A stretch of DNA of 64,000 bases from Malacoraja senta (taxonomy: Eukaryota), in contig CM075997.1 in assembly GCA_038087875.1 (NCBI GenBank), positions 2,792,001-2,856,000 of the forward strand, given 5' to 3'. A program made the position numbers and the translations under genes. Positions 1 to 9,528 of this stretch are shown piece by piece. Within the stretch, counting starts at the first letter, position 1; every line of letters begins with the position of its first letter. Below the pieces are notes generated by a model, which worked only from the letters and a program-made list of their open reading frames with translations, did not search any database and was not told where the DNA came from.

Positions 1-800
1 CATCAAGGGAGCGATAGTGGCGAAGGGTCCCACCACCCAGTCCAACAGTCAAACGCCTTCCCTCTTCACTGTTGGATGAAACCTCAAAACAACAAACGCA
101 GGCTGTGGATGGAAATTCATAAGTTATATGAGCAGAATCAGGCCATTCGGCCCATCGAGTCTACTCCGCCATTCATTCACGGCTGATCTATCCCTCTCAA
201 CTCCATTCTTCCGCCTTCTCCCCATAACCCCTGACACCCATACTAATCATTAATCTGTCAATCTCTGCCTTAAAAATATCCATTAACTTGGCCACCACAG
301 CCGTCTGTGGCAATGAATTCCGCAGATTCACCATCCTCTGACTAAAGAAATTCCTCTTCATCTCCTTTCTAAAGGTATGTCCTTTTATTCGATGACTATG
401 ACCTCCGCTCCTAGACTCCCACTAGTGGAAACATCCTCTTATCGCCACTCTCCACTCTATCTAGGCTTTTCACTATTCAGTAAGTTTCAATGAGGCTCCC
501 CCTTATCCTTCTAAACTCCAGCGAATAGCAGCAAAGTGCCATCATCATTGCTCATCATTATGTCAAGGAAGGAGAAATTCCCCGAGTAACTCAATGGTCA
601 GGCAGCGTCTCTGGAGAAAATGGATAGGGGATGTCACGGGTCAGGACCCTTCTTCAGACCCGACCCGAAACGTCAACTATCCAATTTCTCCAGAGATGCT
701 GCCTGACCCGCTGAGTTACTCCAGCATTTTGTGTCTATCTTTGGTATAAAACAGCTGCATTCCTCAGCTCTGCTGTTTCAAAGGTTTTCTTCTATTCCAG

Positions 801-3800
801 GTGCGGCCTGGTTGCTCTCTGGATGGCTGGACACTTGCTGGACGCATCTGAAGCCGTGAGTCTGGAGAAGATTGTGAACTGTGCAGTGGAGAATAACTAC
901 ACTGTTCAGGGAGAGATGTTCTCAGGTACTCTATAACACACAGCAGGAGATAAGGCAGTGATAGATAGATAGATTCTTGATTAGTACGGGTGTCAGGGGA
1001 TATGGGGAGAATAATAATAATAATAATAATATCTTTTATTGTCATTGCACATATGTGCAACAATATTTGGTATGCAGCTTCCATCCGATGTCATAACTTA
1101 AACAACTAATACAATTTAGATTTAGATACCCAGAGAAACATGATTTATAAAAAGAACAGTAAAACAGTCTAAAGTGCAAATGTACTAATGTACTAAATGA
1201 AGGCAGGAGAATGGGGTTAGGAGAGATAGATCAGCCATGATTGAATGGCAGAGTACACTTGATGGGCCGAATGGCCTAACTCCGCACCTATCACATTTGA
1301 ACTTATAACGCTGCTTCCTCCGCATGTCTGATTGATTCCCATTCTCTATACTTCAGCCTGGTTCAGTGATGTGGGTCACAGAACTAGTTTAGGCATAGGC
1401 ACTAGTTTAAGCATTTCTATATCTCAACAGTAGCTAAACTGTGACATCCTTATGGACTAAGGCTCTTATGTATTTTCTGATTGCAGGTGATAATATGGTG
1501 AACCTGGCCAAAGAGGTCTTTACATGTCATGGTGAACTGCTCACTGATGGTTTAATGGGCAGCAACAGATCCAGAATACTGAGCCACCTGAAGGCTGGTT
1601 ATCCCGTGTTAATACCGTATCCTTGGAAATGCTCGTCAAGGCGTCCCCTGCCCGTACTGACCTGGAGACACCAGGAACTGCAGATGCTGGGTTACAAACA
1701 AAAAAAAGACACAAAGTGTTGGAATAATCCAGCGGGTCCAGCAGCATCTCTGGAGAACATGGACAGGTCACCTATCCTTATTCTCCAGAGATGCTGCCTG
1801 ACCTGCTGAGCAGCACCAGCACTCTGTGTCTTAGACAATAGAAAATAGACAATAGGTGCAGGAGTAGGCCATTCGGCCCTTCGAGCCAGCACCGCCATTC
1901 AATGTGATCATGGCTGATCATCCCCAACCAGTACCCCGTTCCTGCCTTCACCGCTTATCCCTTGACTCTGCTATTTTTAAGAGCCCTATCTAGCTCTCTT
2001 TTTTTTATTTTTTTTATTTTTTTTTAAAATTTGTATTTTATTAGAAGTACATTACATTACAACCACATACATTAGTACTTGTCATTTATATCTTCTTACA
2101 ATTAATGTACTCCATTTATTTTTTACACTAGAAAAGGAAAAGATTGAAAGAAAGAAGAAAGTGAAGGAAAAAGTGGAAGTGTAGGAAATGTGACAACAAA
2201 AAAGGACGAAGACCCTATAAGAGCAAAATTAAAAACAAAAGAAAAAGAGTTAAGAAATAGACCCTAGGAAAAAAAGAAAGAGAGAAAGAGGAAAAAGAGA
2301 GAAACAAATATATTTATGAGCATTACGCAAATTGGACATACCAACTCTTCAACTATCATCCCCCCTTACCTAGCTCTCTCTTGAAAGCATCCAGAGAACC
2401 TGCCTCCACCGCCCTCTGAGACAAAGAATTCCACAGACATTGTTTTGCCTCCCTTCCCCCAGTCTCACTGTGGACCAGCAATTGCTTCGAGACTCACTGT
2501 GACCCCCACAATCCCCCAAGTCTCTCCTGGCCACACTCCCCCTCCCCCCACAGTGACCCCACACTCTCAAGGCAACCAGTCCCACACACCACCAATCCAA
2601 CCAAGGCCACAGGGTGAAGAGCAACCACCTCATCTCCCCCTCCAACGCCCCAACAAGGAATTTGTTTAAGAAGGAACTGCAGGTGCTGGAAAATCGAAGG
2701 TAGACAAAAGTGCTGGAGAAACTCAGCGGTTGCAGCAGCATCTATGGAGCGAAGGAAATAGGCAACGTTTCGGCCCGAAACGTTGCCTATTTCCTTCGCT
2801 CCATAGATGCTGCTGCACCCGCTGAGTTTCTCCAGCACTTTTGTCTACCCCCAACAAGGAAGATCTCTCCTGGTCCACAACCCAGGCTCTGGAGCTTTAA
2901 CAATCCCTGCAATGCTCGTGTTGGAACAGCGTTCTTGTGAGTGAATCAAGGATCAGTCAAACACGGGGTAGCACAGTAGCGCAGCGGTAGAGCTGCTGCT
3001 GTACAACGCCCGAGACCCGGGTTCGATCCTGACCACGGGTGCTGTTTGTACCTTCACCCCGTGACCTGCGTAGGTTTTTCTCCGGGTGCACCGGTTTTCT
3101 CCCACACTCCAAAGACCTACAGGTTTGTAGGTTAATTAGCTTGGTTTAAATGTAAATTGTCCCCAGTGTGTGTGTGGCGTAGTGGGGTAATCGTGGGGAT
3201 CGCTGGTAGGTGCGGATTCGGTGGGCCGAAGGGCCTGTTTTCGCGCTGTATCTCTAAACTAAACTAAAGCTTGTAACTGCCCATGGAGTTTAATGGGGAC
3301 GAGAGCTCCGTAGAAGCGTTCACCGTGACCTGCAGTTAATAGGCAAAATGTCCAAGTTTATCTGACTCACGATGGACACAAAGTGCTGGAGTAACTCAGC
3401 GGGACAGGCAGCATCTCGAGAAAAAAGATAGTGATGGTTGATGTTCAAACCCTTCTTCAGAATCTTGGTTAGAGTCATAGAGTGATACAGTGTGGAAACA
3501 GGCTCAACTTGCCCACACCGGCCAACATGTCCCAGCTACACTAGTCCCACTTGCCTGCGTTTTTTTGTCCATATCCCTCCAAACCTGTCCTATCTGACCC
3601 GAAATGGCACCTATCCATGTTCTCCATGAGATGGTGCCTGACCCGCTGAGTATGTAAGCGGTACCAGTATAAACTCAGTATAGAAACATAGAAACATAGA
3701 AAATAGGTGCAGGAGTAGGCCATTCGGCCCTTCGAGCCTGCACCGCCATTCGATATGATCATGGCTGATCATCCAACTCAGTATCCTGTACCTGCTTTCT

Positions 3801-5721
3801 CTCCATACCCCCTGATCCCTTTAGCCACATGGATCAGGGGGTATGGAGAGAAAGTAGGTACAGGATACTGAGTATAAACCAAAGATACTAGAGGAGCTCC
3901 TAGTATCCTAGGCTCCTCCAGTATCTTTGGTATAAACTAGCATCTGCAGTTCCTTCCTACGCATTTTAACATCCGTGGGCTCGAGGATTGCTGTGGAACC
4001 ACTATTGCCGGGCGAGAGGGTGCATGCCGCTAACACAGGGTAAATCGGTGTAATTCCATAACGACAGGAAGCTATGATGAAGATTTCAACCACGAGCCGT
4101 GCCTGAGGAAAGGACACCGAGCCCACTGGGCCGTGCTCACAGGTAGGTCTCCCTCCATGCCAGTGTGATCTCCCTCCATGCCAGTGTGGTCTCCCTTCCC
4201 TTCCATTGCAATTGACAAAATACAGTGCAGCTTCACCGCCGATATTCTGGCAGCTGCTGGTCCAAGGCGCCTCCTTTAATCCGGACAAAATTCCAAGAGC
4301 GCAATTGAAACCCCCTGTAAACGTGCCGGGTGAGGCGGCCAATCTCAATGAGACTTCCACGGCCGAGCGGCGGGTTGAACTTGCCCCTTGCGGCCGGGGC
4401 TATGGATCTCTGGCCTGGCCGGAGCCGGCAGATTCCTTCCCATAGCCGACTTCTGAGGCCAACTCGGTCCCACGACTGCCGAGGCGTACTGTTCCACTCC
4501 TCTTGGAGGTCTTGACCTCTGTTTGTCCGGCACAACGGAAAATCCAGCAAGGCTTGGGAACCAAGGGTGCCAGAAAATCGGTGGTGGACCTGTATCTAAT
4601 TTGCTCCAGATAGAGATAAAGCATGGGAAGAGGTGCTGGAGGAGGTAGTTGAGGCAGGTACTGCAGCGTTTAGAAACATTTGGACAGGTACGTGGATAAG
4701 ACAGGTTTAGAAGGATATGGGTTAAATACATACAGGTGGAACTAGTGTAGTGGAACATGTTGGTCGGTGTGGGCAAGTTGGGCCGGTTTCCGTTCTGTAT
4801 CACTCTCTGGATGACAATAGACAATAGGTGCAGGAGTAGGCCATTCGGCCCTTCGAGCCAGCACCGCCATTCAATGTGATCATGGCTGATTATCCCCAAT
4901 CAGTACCCCGTTCCTGCCTTCTCCCCATATCCCTTGACTCCTCTATTTTTAATAGCCCTATCTAGCTCTCTCTTGAAAGCATCCAGAGAACCTGCCTCCA
5001 CCGCCCTCTGAGGCAGACAATTCCACAGACTCACCACTCTCTGTGAGAAAAAGTGTTTCCTCGTCTCCGTTCTAAATGGCTTACTCCTTATTCTTAAACT
5101 GTGGCCCCTGGTTCTGGACTCCCCCAACATTGGGAACGTGTTTCGTGCCTCTAGCGTGTCCAAGCCCTTAACAATCTTATACGTGTCAATGAGATGCCCT
5201 CTCATCCTAAACTCCAGAGTGTGCAAGCCCAGCTACTCCATTCTCTCAGCATATGACAGTCCCGCCATCCCGGGAATTAACCTGGATGGGTGAATAGCCT
5301 AAAGTTGAGTTTCCTGTACAACAGCTATTCAGCAGGGTTGATTGTTGCTTCTGGCCGTACAGGTGTGCTGCTGGGACTGAGGTGTAAACTGCTGGAGGAC
5401 GTCTATGAGAAGGACCGTGATATCCCTGGCCTCCACCACCTGGCTGGAGGTGCCGCTGGAGCCTCCTACCCCGAGGACTGTGTGGTCGAGGTTTACTTGC
5501 TGGCCAAACAAGGGAAGAGTCTGAAGTACCAGCTGTGGGACTACGAGCGGGTGCACCAGAGCAACGTGCAGCTGGCAGAGTTTAGTCCCAAGCGAGGGAC
5601 TGACGGAACGGCCTACATCGTGCCCGACGGCGGTGTGAAGCTGGGGCTGTGTGGGGTTGTAATTCTCCTGCAGCCATTGTACCCAGTATCAAAGCTGACA
5701 GCTCCCACTACTGCTAACTGA
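801..5721 (+). CDS. ACTMAP: Actin maturation protease (C19orf54), 3' part; coding exons 801-925, 1487-1616, 4072-4142, 5363-5721 (5' exons lie upstream of the window)
   Basis: Spliced translation CGLVALWMAGHLL...QGEMFS/GDNMVNLAKEVF...GYPVLIP/YDEDFNHEPCLRKGHRAHWAVLT/GVLLG...VYLLAKQGKSLKYQLWDYERVHQSNVQL...GLCG matches vertebrate C19orf54 as remembered. All junctions are GT-AG and phase-consistent; stop TGA at 5719-5721. Confidence 0.93.
2661..2848. mobile_element. Palindromic Penelope-like terminal-repeat derivative with 13-bp target duplication
   Basis: 75-bp inverted arms at 2699-2773 and 2775-2849 (1 mismatch), flanked by direct repeats CCCCAACAAGGAA at 2648-2660 and 2849-2861. Confidence 0.65.
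2972..3268 (+). mobile_element. HE1-type V-SINE (tRNA-derived head); representative copy
   Basis: A-box/B-box head (GCGCAGCGGTAGAG...GGTTCGATCC), V-SINE core (GTGACCTGCGT..GGTTT..CTCCCACACTCCAAAGAC) and (CTAAA)n tail. Further approximate copies: 10900-11170(+), 13975-14260(-), 15905-16205(-), 37045-37335(+), 40750-41030(+), 43435-43705(-), 48600-48875(-), 55500-55770(+), 59125-59385(+), 59550-59825(-), 63890-64000(+). Confidence 0.8.
4228..4592. mobile_element. Non-autonomous Tc1/mariner (pogo/Tigger-like) MITE
   Basis: Imperfect ~25-bp terminal inverted repeats (TIRs; consensus CAGGTCCACCACCGATTTTCTGGCA), TA after the right end. Diverged second copy at ~31806-32337; right-end fragment at ~33765-33812. 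Confidence 0.6.
4815..5283 (-). mobile_element. CR1/HER1 LINE 3' fragment
   Basis: Translation LEFRMRGHLIDTYKIVKGLD...[10 protein letters not shown]...FFSQRVVSLWN is the CR1 ORF2 C-terminus; followed by the shared 3' UTR and a short-repeat tail. Confidence 0.85.
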
Positions 5722-6861
5722 ACAATAACCTTGTTCTGCAGCATCTCAGGGTCTTCCAGCAAACAAAGCACTTAGATAGAGCTCTAGGGGGCTAGTGGAA
5801 TCAAGGGATATGGGGAGAAGGCAGGCACGGGTTGTTGATTGGGGACGATCAGCCATGATCACAATGAATGGCGGTGCTGGCTCGAAGGGCCGAATGGCCT
5901 CCTCCTGCACCTATTTTCTATTAGTCACTGCTTTAAATGTAGGAAATTAGCAAGACTTGCTCACAATCCCCACTGCTTATCTGTTTGCAGTGATGCTTAT
6001 GGGGGCAACACCACTTTTTCACACAGAGGTGTATAAAACAATCTTGAGGGGAATAGATAAGATGAATGCAGATTCTTTCACCCCGAGTAGAGGAATCAAG
6101 ACCTGTACAACATCGTTTTAAAGTGGGAGGGGAAATATTTAATGGGAACCAGAAGAGCAACTTTTTCACTCAGAGGGTGGTGGATTTGTTTAGTTTAGAG
6201 ATACTGCGTGGAAACAAGCCTTTCAGTCCATGCCGAGCAACAATCACCCGTACACGAGTTCTAGTTCTTCACATCAGGGATAATTTAGAGGGCCAAGTAA
6301 CCTACAACCTGCACGTCTTTGAGGAAACCGAAGCATCCGGAGAAAACCCACGCGGTCACAGGGAGAACGTGCAAACTCCATACAGACAGCATCCAAGGTC
6401 AGGATTGAACCCGAGTCTCTGATGCTGTGAGGAAGCAACTTTTCCTCTGCGCCACCCCGATATTTGGAAAGACCTGCCAGAGGGGGAAGTTGAGGGAGGT
6501 GCTATAACAACATTTAAAAGGCATTTTTATACACATACGTGGATAGAAAAGCTTTGGAGGGATCTGGGCCAAACACAGGCAGGTGGGACAGATGGAAACT
6601 TGGGCTGAAGGACCTGCCTGCAAGCTGTTTGACTATACGAGAGAATCAGTGTGGACTAGGCCAAGACAGAGAGTTCCATCACTCTATAAAATAGTGCTGT
6701 GGATTTCTCTCTCTTATCAGAGAGGGTAGGTTCTTTTAATGTTTCATTCAAAGGACAATTGCTCCATTGTAGACCATTCTATAATAGTGTGAGGGTTTGA
6801 ATAATGCTGAGACCTCGATCATTTAAAGCATGCAGCTTACATAGGGGAAAGGCAATATGTT

Positions 6862-7607
6862 AGAAAACATAGAAAATAGGTGCAGGAGTAGGCCATTCGG
6901 CCCTTCGAGCCTGCACCGCCATTTGATATGATCATGGCTGATCATCCAACTCATTATCCCATCCCTGCCTTCTCTCCATACCCCCTGATCCCTTTAGCCA
7001 CAAGGGCCACATCTAACTCCCTCTTAAATACAGCCAATGAACTGGCCTCAACTACCTTCTGCGGCAGGAAATTCCACAGATTCACCACTCTCTGTGTAAA
7101 AAATGATTTCCTCATCTCGGTCCTAAAAGTCTTCCCTCTTATCCTAAAACTGTGACCCCTAGTTCTGGACTTCCCCAACATCGGGAATAATCTTCCTGCA
7201 TCTAGCCTGTCCAACCCCTTAAGAATTTTGTAAGTTTCTATAAGATCCCCCCTGTCTTCTGAATTCCAACGTGTACAAGCCGAGTCTATCCAGTCTTTCC
7301 TCATATGAAAGTCCTGCCATCCCAGGAATCAGTCTGGTGAACCTTCTCTGTACTCCCTCTATGGCAAGAATGTCTTTCCTCAGATTAGGAGACCAAAACT
7401 GTACGCAATACTCCAGGTGTGGTCTCACCAAGACCCTGTACAACTGCAGTAGAACCACCCTGCTCCTATACTCAAATCCTTTTGCTATGAATGCTAACAT
7501 ACCATTTGCTTTCTTCACTGCCTGCTGCACCTGCATTCCTACTTTCAATGACTGGTGTACCATGACACCCAGGTCTCGTTGCATCTCCCCTTTTCCTAAT
7601 CGGCCAC
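6862..7607 (-). mobile_element. CR1/HER1 LINE 3' fragment (frameshifted)
   Basis: RDLGVMVH...[15 protein letters not shown]...EGVQRRFTRLIPG...TRGHS...RVVNLWN motifs. Confidence 0.9.
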
Positions 7608-9267
7608 CAGGTTGGAGGAGTTGGACATTGTGCTGATTATTACTGTTGAACTGCTCCAGATATATGGACTGTAAAGCACAGGAGATACAAGGAACTGCAG
7701 ATGCTGGTTTACATTTGAAAAAAGGACACAAGGTGCTGGAGTAACTTAGCGGGTCAGGCATCATCTCTGGAGAACATGGCGATGTTTCAGGACGGGGCCC
7801 CTCGACACACTTGGACAGCATTGCACATCGCTTGGATCTACCCGTCACAATAAAACATTGCCTGCACACAACACCTAGGTGTATTGCTGACATTTCTGCA
7901 GATTTATGATCCTTTTGATCAAATGGTTAACAGTCGCCTCTTTCAGTACTGCAGTAAGGAAGGTGGAAGACCTGGCACTCGTGCTAACACAACATCGGTA
8001 TTCTCTTCTCAACTGCTCTGAGTCACAGCACGTCTGGCAAAACCGCGCGGTTAGAGAACGGGCAAACACCACACAGATAGCACCCGTGGTCAGGATTGAA
8101 CCCGGGTCTCTGGCGCAGTGACGTCCTCACTGGATCTCATTGAATCCCACCAGATAATGAAAGACCTAGATAGAGTGTACTTGGAAAGGATGTCTCCGGT
8201 ACCAGGAGGTAGACAAAAATGCTGGAGAAACTCAGCGGGTGAGGCAGCATCTATGGAGCGAAAGAAATAGGTGACGTTTCAGGTCAAGAACCTTCTTCAG
8301 ACTGTACTTGGAAAGGATGTTTCCAGTAACAGGAGAGTCTAGACCAGAGGGGACAGCCTCAGAATAAAAGGACGTACCTTCAGAGGAAAATAATTAATTT
8401 TGCTAGAGGATGGTGAATCCGTGGAATTCATTGACACAGACGGTTATGGAGGTAAAGTCATTTGGTATTTTTAAAGCAGATTGATAGATTCTTGATTAGT
8501 AAAGATGTCAAAGATGTAGGTAGAATGGGGTTGAGGGCGAAAAATAGATCAGCCAGGATTGAATGGCGGAGTAGACCCAATGGCCTAATGCTGCTCCTGT
8601 CTTATGGTCCCAGTTGCCAGCTATCCCCAGATTTATTTCAGCAGTGTGTACCAGGTTCTATCCTCCTTGCCTTTAATGCGTGGTGGTGAGAATTAACTGA
8701 AAGATGCTAAAATAGCCACCTCATAAACTGGAACAAAAATGGGCTGTGAACTGAAAAGAGGAGCAGAACATTCTTTAGTCCTGCTGAAATAAATGGCTAA
8801 AATTCACCGATTAATACATTACAATTTTTATTTGCTCAATGTGTTTATAAATAGGTATTTTTTTATAAAATCCCATCGTGCGGCAGGCAGAGAGCACAGT
8901 AGATATGTCCATTAGCTTGCGTTTCCCTGCACATTGGTAATCTGTGGCAGAGGTGATCAATTAAACCTGTGGATGATTATATGGGCAGTCCAGCAGAAAA
9001 GGTTCACCAAGGATGGATGAAATCCACATTCCAAGCCCATCCTTTGAGAAGACAAGTTCCCTGTGTTCCCGACTTCCTCCAATTTCCTTGCTCCATGAGG
9101 AATGGGTTAGTCACACCCTCACTTGGGATAGGGTGTCAGGAGCAGTGAGAAGGGTTGAGAGGGAGAGATAGATCAGCCATGATTGAATGGCGGAGCAGAC
9201 CTGATGGGCTGAACGGCCTAATTCTACTCCTATCACTTATGATCCCACGACTGTCACCCAGGGGAAA

Positions 9268-9345
9268 GCACACGCACACACAAACACAAAGATGAACGCA
9301 CACACACACACAAACGCACGCACACATACACACAAACCACGCAGA
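9268..9345. repeat. Degenerate (CA)n microsatellite downstream of the YIF1B stop (probable 3' UTR)
   Basis: Visible CA/CG dinucleotide runs. Confidence 0.8.
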
Positions 9346-9528
9346 CACAAGTACCCCATCTCGCTCAGTGAGATGGCCCACCCACCCTGGCCCTAGGAAG
9401 GCAGCCACCCTGTGTCACCCGCCTGGGGTGATGGACTCCCCGAGGCTCTCCGACCCACTGCCCCACCCCTACCGTGGTGGGAGATCAACGAGCCCCAGGG
9501 AAAGCAGGGGGTTTTCTTTGCAAGCGTC

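Larger units (their letters stand above)
1617..4071 (+). other. U12-type (minor spliceosome) GT-AG intron of ACTMAP
   Basis: 5' splice site GTATCCTTG at 1617; branch-site-like TTCCATAAC at 4054-4062, ending 7 nt before the AG; no polypyrimidine tract. Confidence 0.88.

Noticed and set aside
2972..3035. tRNA-like A/B boxes here and at many other sites
   Set aside because: Each continues into the V-SINE core and tail, so these are SINE heads rather than tRNA genes.
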